A stretch of 63,719 nt of DNA from a virus (lineage: Duplodnaviria; Caudoviricetes), in the IMG/VR virus record IMGVR_UViG_3300036851_000548, positions 1 to 63,719 of that record; one strand, written 5' to 3'. The notes under the pieces were generated by a model, which saw nothing but the letters and a program-made list of their open reading frames with translations, was not told the origin of the DNA and did no database searches. How positions within the stretch are numbered: position 1 is the stretch's first letter; each line of letters begins with the position of its first letter. This document shows, in pieces, positions 36,413 to 44,628 of the stretch. Position numbers and translations under genes: made by a program.

Positions 36413-38286
36413 GCAGCGTGAGGCCCGTCGAACAGGGACGGCTGCGCGTCGTCGCGGGGCCGCGCGCGGGCGGGTTCCTTCCACCACCGCGCGACTCTGG
36501 CCTCGCACAGCGCGGCGTACTCGGGGTTCAGTTCGACGCCGACGGCGCGGCGGCCGAGGCGGAGCGCGGCGACCGCCGCCGTGCCGCTGCCGATGAACGG
36601 GTCGAGGACGGTGCACGGCTCGACCGCGACCTCGGGAGGCGGGGGCACGTGGACGCGCTCCAGCAGGCCGCGCTCGATCCACGACTCCAGCAGCAGGTGC
36701 GGCACCGGCCGGGCACCGGAGCGGTCGGCGCGGACGTAGTGGGCGAACGCCTCCCTCCCGGCCTCGGACTCCAGCACGTCGACGAGTTCGACTTCCTCTA
36801 TCGCACGCAGCTGCGCCGCGTACGCCTGCTGCTCGTAGCGGGTGATGGTGCGGACGCCCTCGTCCTCGGCCCGCTCGCGCTCGAATCCGGCCCGGCCGAC
36901 CTCCAGCGTCGGGTCGGCGGCGGGGGACTCCCCGAGGGGCGTCTCGATCGGGGTCCGGTCGACGCCGTCACACGCGCACGTCGGCTGCCACCCGATCGTG
37001 CGGTTTGCGCGGACGTGCTTCAAGGTGGAGCCGCCGTCGAGTCCGCGCTCCTCGCGGCCGCCGATGCCGATCTCGTACTGGCTGGCGCCCTTGGCGCTCC
37101 ATGTGCCCTCGGGCAGCTCCGGCTCGCCCTTCTCGATGATCCGCGCCCACGGCGCGCCGCAGCCGGTGCAGCAGCCCTTCTCGCTCGTCCCGGCCCTGAT
37201 CGCGCGGGCGGCGAGCTCGACGGGGAAGGTGGCGAAGTGGGCGGACGGGTACGGCTGCGTGGCGATGTCCCAAACGGTGGTCGCGAGCGACTCGTCTCCG
37301 ACGCGCATCGCGTCCGCGAACACGTCGGCGAGCCACGCGGCCTCGTCCTCGGCCTCCTGCGCGATCTGCCAGACGCCGCGCATGTTGCGGGTGGCGACGC
37401 CCTCCATAACCCCGCCGGGGCTGTGCCTGACGGTGTGGCCGTTTGCGCCGCCAACTCGGTCGGATCGGACGCGGTCGGGCTGGACGCTCGGCTCCTTCAC
37501 GGCCTCGGCGTCGTAGAAGTACATAGGGCGCTTCGAGAGCAGGAAAACGTACTCGTGCGCGGTCGTCGGCCTGTCGGCGACGCTGGCGGGCATCGCGTTC
37601 CTCTTCCACCAGATGATGTCGGCGCGAAGCCACCAGCCGTCGGCGCGAAGCGCGGATGCGACCGACCACGGGATTCCCGCGAGGTCCTTCGGCTTCAGTC
37701 CCTCGACGGCCGGGGGCCGGACGTTCGTGCCCTCCCCGACCCCGCCGCGCTTCCGGTCTACCGTCTGCGGCGTACGGCGCGCGGTCACATTCGGCCGGTG
37801 CGGGCCGTCCTGCTTCCAGCCGCGCTCGGTCGCGATCGACTGCGACGTGTTGTAGGTGCTGCTCGACGCGTAGCTGTCGCCGAGGTTCAGCCAGACCGTG
37901 CCGTCATCGCGGAGGACTCGGCGCACCTCCCGGAACACGTCGACCATCGCTGCCACGTACTCGTCGGGGGTCGGCTCCAGCCCGATCTGCTGGTCGACAC
38001 GGGAGGCGCCGCATTTCGAGCACGTCTGTCCCATCGGTTCGCGGTCCTCAGCGTTCTTCACGTCGGCGTAGCCCTCGCCCCAGTTCTGATTCAACTTCGA
38101 CTTCGTACGAAACGGTGCACCGAGGTGGTCGCAGTCGGGACTGCCTCCTTCCCATGTGCCTGTGCCGTAGTCGCGGAGGCCGAAGTAGGGCGGGCTGGTG
38201 ACGACGCAGTGGACGCTGGCCTCGGGGAGGGTGCGCAGTTGCTCGCGTACGTCGCCCACCAGGAGCGTGAATCCCTCGGTCGTCAT
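36409..38286 (-). CDS. amino-DNA methyltransferase (likely N4C, beta class)
   Basis: TSPPY, HFATFP, VLDPFIGSGT. Confidence 0.92.
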   Translation of the reverse strand: MTTEGFTLLVGDVREQLRTLPEASVHCVVTSPPYFGLRDYGTGTWEGGSPDCDHLGAPFRTKSKLNQNWGEGYADVKNAEDREPMGQTCSKCGASRVDQQIGLEPTPDEYVAAMVDVFREVRRVLRDDGTVWLNLGDSYASSSTYNTSQSIATERGWKQDGPHRPNVTARRTPQTVDRKRGGVGEGTNVRPPAVEGLKPKDLAGIPWSVASALRADGWWLRADIIWWKRNAMPASVADRPTTAHEYVFLLSKRPMYFYDAEAVKEPSVQPDRVRSDRVGGANGHTVRHSPGGVMEGVATRNMRGVWQIAQEAEDEAAWLADVFADAMRVGDESLATTVWDIATQPYPSAHFATFPVELAARAIRAGTSEKGCCTGCGAPWARIIEKGEPELPEGTWSAKGASQYEIGIGGREERGLDGGSTLKHVRANRTIGWQPTCACDGVDRTPIETPLGESPAADPTLEVGRAGFERERAEDEGVRTITRYEQQAYAAQLRAIEEVELVDVLESEAGREAFAHYVRADRSGARPVPHLLLESWIERGLLERVHVPPPPEVAVEPCTVLDPFIGSGTAAVAALRLGRRAVGVELNPEYAALCEARVARWWKEPARARPRDDAQPSLFDGPHAA

Positions 38287-38293
38287 CCGCGTA

Positions 38294-38920
38294 TCAGGCT
38301 ACGGCAGGGGTCGGACGTACGGTACGGAGTCGCTTCCGGAACTTGTGCTTCGGGAACGAGCCGATGCACTCGGCGCCGAGCGCCAGCATGTCGGCGTGCG
38401 TGCGGGTGTTCGGACCCGCCTTGCGTGCGACCATGACGCCGTCGCGCACGTAGACGCGCTCGGCCTTCGTCATCCCGACATACTCCCATCCGGCCGCGAG
38501 GTAGATCGCCTCGGTGTGCCCCTGCCACTCGTCGGCGTAGGTGACGAGCAGCGACCAGCGCGGGTCAGCGCGGATCAGCCTGACCGATCGGCCGAGCAGG
38601 AAGCTCGCCGCGTTCGTTGGCACGTCCGGCTCGATCGCAAGACGCGAGAGAGCGAGTACGCCCTGCCAGGTGCTGTCGTCCATGCCTGCCTCGCGGAGCG
38701 ACGCCTCGGCAGCGGTCCGTGTCGGTGGCATCCAGAGTGCGCACCCGACGACATCGAGCGGCCACGCTTCTCGGCGGTATAGGCCGTGCCGGAACGTCGC
38801 GGTGTTCGCGGCACCAGCGGCGTAGTGGAGCCGCTCGATCAGTGCCACGGCTTGGTTGAGGGAGCAGGTGTCCACGATCCAGTCGGCACGGTGGAGCGGG
38901 TTCGCGGGGCGGTGTCTCAT
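38294..38920 (-). CDS. Mom-like adenine-modification enzyme (GNAT fold)
   Basis: HY...LSRL...NAASFLLGRS...LVTYAD...GH...IY.A.GW.YVG pattern of the Mu Mom family. Confidence 0.75.
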   Translation of the reverse strand: MRHRPANPLHRADWIVDTCSLNQAVALIERLHYAAGAANTATFRHGLYRREAWPLDVVGCALWMPPTRTAAEASLREAGMDDSTWQGVLALSRLAIEPDVPTNAASFLLGRSVRLIRADPRWSLLVTYADEWQGHTEAIYLAAGWEYVGMTKAERVYVRDGVMVARKAGPNTRTHADMLALGAECIGSFPKHKFRKRLRTVRPTPAVA

Positions 38921-40897
38921 CCGAGCAGACGAGCGAGGCAGGCGCGGGCAAGCAAGGGCGGGACGGCGTTCCCGATCTGCTCAAACTGCTTCGTGCGTGA
39001 TCCCTGCCACGGATAGTTCGGCGGGAACGACTGAAGTACGCTCGCCTCAGCAACCGAGATCCTGACCGCGTTCGTCTGGTGCGAGGGTGGCGTATCGCCA
39101 GCTACATACTCAGGGTTCCTGCCTACTCGGGTCGTCGCTGGAATGCGGGCGTCGCCAGCGACCGTCGGTGAGGGCCTCTGTTCGACCCACTCTTCCTTCG
39201 GCTTCGGGCCTGTCTGCGACGGCTGGTCGGACTCGGACCACACGGGGACGCCTTGCGCGAGTCCGGCCGCGAGCATCGTCGGGGCTGGTTCCTCGATCGG
39301 CCGCGGCTTCGCGCCGACCTGCCGCACATCCATGTGTGTCGGGTGCCCCTTCTTCCACGACTGCGGCGCGTCAGTGTGCTCGCCCTCGGGCGCGATCTTC
39401 CAGGCACCGGCGGCCTTCGGGGACGAGCGTCGGCGCGGGTTCGTCGACGGAGCGTTCGTACGGTTCCATGTCCTCGGGGTCGCGGGACACGCTCATCGTG
39501 TTGTCGCCAGTGCGAAGCACCAGCGGCGGTGACTCTTCGCCCTCGACCTGCCACTGGCGGGCAGTGCTGCCGACCGTCGGCGCAGGCTGTTCCTCGGGAT
39601 CGACGGGGCCACGATTGAACTCGTCGCTGCGGCCGTCGTGAACGGTCCAGCTTCGCGCCTTTGAGGTCAGCGCCTGCGCTGGCATCTCGTCCGGCGCGAA
39701 CCCTTCCTCGGAGCGGTCACCCGAACGTTCCCGCTGTACCCACTGGACGTCGTTCATGCGGTGCCCGAAAAACATCGTCCCCGCCGGTTCGTCAAGACCG
39801 CGTACGGCAACGTTTTCCTGGTTGCCGTTCCGGAGCGCCACGTCCTCGACATCCTCGACGGGCAGGCCGTCGCCGTCGCCGACGACCCAACTGTCGGTCT
39901 TGCCGGTGACGACCCGGCTCGGCGCGTCGTTCGCGTCGAACACGTCGGTGGGGCGGCTGCCGTCCTCGCCGCGGGTTCGGATCGGGATCTGCTGGTCGTA
40001 GCTCCAGCGTGGTGTGTGGTGGCCGCAGAGGACACGGGCTGGTCTGTCCTCGGACGGCACCCAGCCGAGCGCCTCCGCCATGCTGATCCACGGCAGCAGA
40101 GCCTCGTCGCCAGCCACGATGATCCGCTGCCGTGGGCCAGGGTCGAAGAGCGTGGCGTGCCCGTTCTCCTTCGGCATCGGCACATACCGCTGGTGCGTCG
40201 GCTCAGGCGGACCGACCAGCCGCTCGCGATCAGCGAGCAGGATCGCCCGCTGCCGTGTCTGCGGCACCCCGAACTGCTCACTCGACAGGCAGCCCGTCCA
40301 CACGTTCCAGCCCGCGATCCTGAGTGCCTCGGCCATCTTCTCCCAGATCGGGAGGACGGGCGGCACCTGCTCCAGCGCGATCCACCGAGGCTTCAGCGCG
40401 AGCGACCACCGGAGCGGCTCCACAACGAGGATACTCATCTCTGCCTCACGGCGGGCCTTCACGGCTGCCTTCGCGAGGTCGGGTTCGCGACCTTTCCTTG
40501 TGGCCTTCTGGCGTTCCTCCTCTTGGGCGCGGGGGAGCAGTTCCGCGTAGGCACGGTCGCGTGACTCGGCACGGGTGTCCTGGCCGTTCAGGAGCGCGTC
40601 GATGCACTCGATGATGATGTCGATGACGACGTGGCCCGACCCTCCCCCTGCGTTTGAGAACGTCGGGCAAGGAGGCGACCCGATCAGGAGACGGCACGGC
40701 GCGAACTCCAGCGGGTCGAGCTCGAACACGTCCGCCTGCATGGTGCGGAGTCCAGCGGTGTTGCGTGTCGCGCAGGCCGCGTCGTCCCACTCGATGCCGA
40801 GCGGCTCGACGCCGAGTGCGAGTGCGCCGACATCCCAGCCTCCAGGCCCAGCGAAGAGGTCGAGTGCGTCCTCCATCACCTCCACGGTAGCCGTCAA
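38917..40897 (-). pseudogene. C5-cytosine DNA methyltransferase split by a 1-nt frameshift near 39420
   Basis: LFAGPGG, GSPPC, EQV and PQTR in 39371-40897; LQSFP and QIGNAV (motifs IX-X) in 38917-39333 in another frame. Confidence 0.8.
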
Positions 40898-41361
40898 GCG
40901 ACGAGTGCTCCGCGCTTCGCCGCGTCGTAGCGGGCTTGCCGCTCACGGTGGCAGGTCAGGCAACGGCGGCGGCCGCTCGCCAGGTTGCCGAGGTTCGCGC
41001 CGGAGAGCGGATGCCTGTTCACGCACTCCTCCTTGCGGGCGTTGATCCCGGCGGGGCTGTTGCTGATCCGAATGTGCGGGCCTCGCGCGATCTCTTCCAG
41101 GTGGTGCGGGTTCGCGCAGGCGCGGTCCTCACAGCGATGGTGCAGTTCCAGTCCAGGGGTCGGGTCGGCGACCAGCACGCGGTAGAGCAACCGATAGACG
41201 CGGAGCACCTTACCCCCGACGTGGATCTGGCCGTAGCCGGTGCGGACGTTCAGGCTGCCCGGCCAGATCCAGCACGGAGTGTCGAGTGGACCCGATGCCG
41301 GGACGAGGCGGAGGAGGGCACGGCCTGCGGCGGCGGCCTCGATGGCATAGCGTTCGTCCAT
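40894..41361 (-). CDS. HNH homing-type endonuclease
   Basis: CWIWPGS...GYG...HHRCEDRACANPHHL plus C-terminal C.NRH...RRCLTC. Confidence 0.85.
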   Translation of the reverse strand: MDERYAIEAAAAGRALLRLVPASGPLDTPCWIWPGSLNVRTGYGQIHVGGKVLRVYRLLYRVLVADPTPGLELHHRCEDRACANPHHLEEIARGPHIRISNSPAGINARKEECVNRHPLSGANLGNLASGRRRCLTCHRERQARYDAAKRGALVA

Positions 41362-41394
41362 TGACGTATCAGGCTACGCGGCGGATCGGACGGC

Positions 41395-42234
41395 CTAACG
41401 GCGCGCCGGGCCGAACTGAAGCCAGACGGGGCAGGATCGGACGCACGCGCCGACCTTGCAGTCGCGGGCGTGGACGTGCCGGTGGCCGGTGTCGAAGAAC
41501 CCGAGCGCGGCCTGCCGCGACTGGACGCGACGCATCCCCTTCCGGATCCGGTGGTGGTCGTGTTCGAGCGGCGTCGCGTTCACCGGCAGGTTGCGGAGGC
41601 CACCCCGCGCCTCAGCCCCAGCGATCGAGTGTGCGCGCTTATGCACGGGGTCGCGGACGCCCCGGCCGAGCAGGTCGATACCGACGTTCATGTTCAGCCG
41701 CCGCAGCTGTGCGGCCAGGGCGTCCCAGTACTTCCGGTCACGGTTCGACCCGCACGCGTTGCCGAGCATCGTCGCCGTGGCCGCGCTCGATCAGGGCGTC
41801 GCGGAGCCGCCGGTACTCGGAGGCGGTCACTCGGCGGGGACGACGTCGAAGTCGTACCGCTCGAAGATCGCTGAGAAGTGCTCGCGTGCTGCGGCGAGCG
41901 CCGCGTCGAAGTCGAGCACCTCGTCGAAGACGTAGGTCGAGTGCGAGCCGGGACGGTCGTCGACCGAGTAGTCGGGGAAGGTGAGCGCCGTCCAGCCGCC
42001 GAGATGGTGCACGGTCGCACGTCCCTGGACGTGCGACCGCAGGAGGCCGCCGTCGACGCGGTAGCCCCACGGGATCGCGGGGCCGCCCGGTGGGTCGGCC
42101 TGGGTCGTGTGGGGATACCCGCCCGCCATCGCGATCAGCTCGTCGCGGTCCGGGCGGTACGGATGGCCGTCGCTGCCGGGGAGCCAAAAGTGGTGGCCCG
42201 GCACGCGCCAGCAGCCGAAGTAGTAGGCCCTCAC
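41395..42234 (-). CDS. hypothetical genes (41395-41769; 41738-41830; 41827-42234)
   Basis: ORF packing; the 41827 ORF has YYFGCW...GH and DYSVDDRPGSHS. Confidence 0.5.
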
Positions 42235-42674
42235 GCGCCGACCGCCGCCTGGAGGGACCGGGCGCGGGCCGAGGCGGCGAGGGCGTCCGCGCGCTCGTTC
42301 TCCGGCGTCCCGGCGTGCCCCTTCGTCCACCTGAACGTGACCGACCCGTGCCGCGCCACGGCCTGCTGCAGCCTGCGCCAGTGCGCCTGGTTCGCAACCG
42401 GCCCCGTCCTCGTGCGCCACCCGCGTTCGATCCACCCGGGCAACCAGCCCCACCCTCGAACGACGTACTGGCTGTCGCTGACGACGAGCACGTGGTCGGC
42501 GGGGCCGAGCTGGTCGAGGGCATAGGCGGCGGCGAGGATCTCCGCCTGCTGGTTCGTCGCGGCGGGGAGCTCCAGCGCGCCCTCGACGGTCGCGTCGCCG
42601 ATCAGGGCGACGTAGCCGACCCCGGCGGGGCCGCCGGTCGCGAGTCCGCTCCCGTCGACGTACGCGACGATCAC
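42231..42674 (-). CDS. rnhA: ribonuclease HI
   Basis: YVDGS, TNQQAE, SDSQYV, WTKGHAG, NERADALA. Confidence 0.9.
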   Translation of the reverse strand: MIVAYVDGSGLATGGPAGVGYVALIGDATVEGALELPAATNQQAEILAAAYALDQLGPADHVLVVSDSQYVVRGWGWLPGWIERGWRTRTGPVANQAHWRRLQQAVARHGSVTFRWTKGHAGTPENERADALAASARARSLQAAVGA

Positions 42675-43141
42675 CGGAATGGCTCCGGGTGGAGTCGGCC
42701 GGGGAGGTAGAGCGGGTGGCGCGGCTCGCTGTCGAGGGTGAGTCCGAGGTGGTGGAGCTTGGCGGCGGGCAGCAGCGCTGTGACCTCGTCGCTGCGGCCG
42801 CGGAGGGCGCCGTGCGTGCCCCACGCGCACACGATCAGGTCGGCGCGGTCGGCGAGTGCGAGCAGGTGCCGGTCGTTCTCGGGGTCGTCGTCGACGAGCA
42901 GCGCGGCCGGGTCGGTCGATCGGAGCGCGAAGAGGTTTCCGACGAGGAGGCGCGTGTGGCCCCAGGCGCGGGCGAACGCGACGCAGCGGCGGATCGTGGC
43001 GTCGTCGACGCGCGCGTCGGCCGTGGACGGGTTCAGCATGACGAACAGCACGGCCTCGGGCCCGGCGGCGAAGAGGTTGGGGGCGAGGTCACGCTCCAGG
43101 GTGTAGCGGTACCGGCCGCACTCGGAGAGGACGGCGGTCAC
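42671..43141 (-). CDS. DUF1643-family protein
   Basis: YRY, MLNPSTADA, DDATIRRC, NLFA, AWG, PRHPLY. Confidence 0.88.
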   Translation of the reverse strand: MTAVLSECGRYRYTLERDLAPNLFAAGPEAVLFVMLNPSTADARVDDATIRRCVAFARAWGHTRLLVGNLFALRSTDPAALLVDDDPENDRHLLALADRADLIVCAWGTHGALRGRSDEVTALLPAAKLHHLGLTLDSEPRHPLYLPGRLHPEPFR

Positions 43142-43554
43142 GGCCTCAGCGGGGTCGGCGGGGGCGGGGACTTCCGGAGGCCGCGGAAGGGGCGGACGAC
43201 CCGGCTGCCATCGAGTCGGCGGATCAGGACGTTGCGGGGGCCGCCGTGCGTCGCCTCGCCCTGCTTCTTCGTGCCCCACTGCGCGAGGATCCTGACCGGC
43301 TGGCCGCGCTCCCAGTAGACGCGCCCGCGGAGGCTGTTGCGGGACGTCTGCGGCGGTGCCCACGCGATCCCCGTCATCGCCTCCGCGTACAGCCTCCGCT
43401 CCGCCGTCCGGTCGTCCTCGCCGTCGCGGGCGTGGCGGCGCAGCGGCGGATGGCCGGAGTACCCCGCCGGGAGGCCGTGCCAGCGGCAGTCCGGATCCGC
43501 GCGGACGACGAGCGCTCGGCCGCCGACCTGCGTCTTCTCGCAGGCGCAGCTCAC
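43138..43554 (-). CDS. hypothetical protein
   Basis: ends GPRNVLIRR.DG..VVRPFRGLR; coupled. Confidence 0.5.
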   Translation of the reverse strand: MSCACEKTQVGGRALVVRADPDCRWHGLPAGYSGHPPLRRHARDGEDDRTAERRLYAEAMTGIAWAPPQTSRNSLRGRVYWERGQPVRILAQWGTKKQGEATHGGPRNVLIRRLDGSRVVRPFRGLRKSPPPPTPLRP

Positions 43555-44117
43555 CCGCCCGGCCCGAGCTCGCCCTGCTGCTCCTGCGGCTCAAGCTCGC
43601 CCGCGATCCGGACGAGTTCCAGGATCCGTTCCCGCGTCGGCCTCCGGTTCACCTCGATCTCGATCGGGCCGTCGCCCGGCCCCACGTGGCGGTGGTCGAC
43701 GCGCTCTCGGTAGACCTCCGGCCGGTGCGCCTTCAGCAGCAGCGTCAGCATCGCGTCCGAGACCCGTACGGACTCCTCGACCCACTCCGTCCGCTCGACC
43801 ACCTGCCCGTCGACCGTCCGCGTGATCGTCCGGAGCACGCGGCGCGCCTCGCCGGTCGTCGCCCTCGTGTGCGCCACCTGCTCCAGCAGGTCGACGCCGA
43901 CGTCGACGGCCTCGTCCCACGCGGCCCGGAACTCGGGGTTCTCCTTCCGCTCCAGGTAGACCATGGCGCGGCTGATCCCGGCGGTCCGGGCGGCGCTGCT
44001 CACGTTCGGCATCAGGGAGAGCGCTTCGAGGAAGCGCGGGATCCAGTCGCGGTCGCCCCAGTCGCGCGGCTCAATCGCTGTGCGGGGCCTGTCGTCGGGT
44101 TCGGGGCGGGTGCTCAT
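43551..44117 (-). CDS. terS: terminase small subunit
   Basis: FLEAL...NVSSAARTAGISR HTH, FRAAWDEA, SDAMLTLLLKAHRPEVYRER. Confidence 0.8.
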   Translation of the reverse strand: MSTRPEPDDRPRTAIEPRDWGDRDWIPRFLEALSLMPNVSSAARTAGISRAMVYLERKENPEFRAAWDEAVDVGVDLLEQVAHTRATTGEARRVLRTITRTVDGQVVERTEWVEESVRVSDAMLTLLLKAHRPEVYRERVDHRHVGPGDGPIEIEVNRRPTRERILELVRIAGELEPQEQQGELGPGG

Positions 44118-44151
44118 GGGGTGTGTCTAGGTGTCTAGGTTATAGCGCGTA

Positions 44152-44388
44152 TCAGGATGCAGCGGCGGGCGGGTTCGCGGTGGCCGGGTTCTCGTCCTGG
44201 AGGCGGCGCATCCAGGCGCCGATGTCTTCCGCGAGTTCGGGCCTGTAGGCGTCCAGCGGTGCGGCTGCGACCATGTCTGTGATCCGCTGGCAGGGGCGGC
44301 ACATGGCGTAGGTGCCCCCGGCGCCGTCGGACTCGTGGACGAGGACGCCGTTCGTCCGTTCGCAGACGGGGCAGGCGGCGTCGCTCAC
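44152..44388 (-). CDS. small Zn-binding protein
   Basis: CPVC...CRPC. Confidence 0.5.
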   Translation of the reverse strand: MSDAACPVCERTNGVLVHESDGAGGTYAMCRPCQRITDMVAAAPLDAYRPELAEDIGAWMRRLQDENPATANPPAAAS

Positions 44389-44618
44389 GCGGCGTGAGGT
44401 CCTATCTCCTCGGCGGGGAGCCAGCCCCCGTTTTCGGCCCTCGGGTGCCTCCGGGCGAGTCCGAGCTGCTCCAGGGCGTAGAGGTGGTGGTGGGTGGTGG
44501 AGGGGGACGCGTGCCCGCAGATCGCGCCGACGTCGCGGACGCGGGCGGGCCAGCCGTCGACGGTGGCTTGCCTGAGCGCGTCGAGGACCTGCCGCTGCGC
44601 CGGGGTAATCCTCTCCAC
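44385..44618 (-). CDS. LexA-type winged-HTH DNA-binding protein (no peptidase domain)
   Basis: TPAQRQVL...WPARVRDVG...SPST.HHHL..LE..G. Confidence 0.75.
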   Translation of the reverse strand: MERITPAQRQVLDALRQATVDGWPARVRDVGAICGHASPSTTHHHLYALEQLGLARRHPRAENGGWLPAEEIGPHAA

Positions 44619-44628
44619 GCGTATCAGG

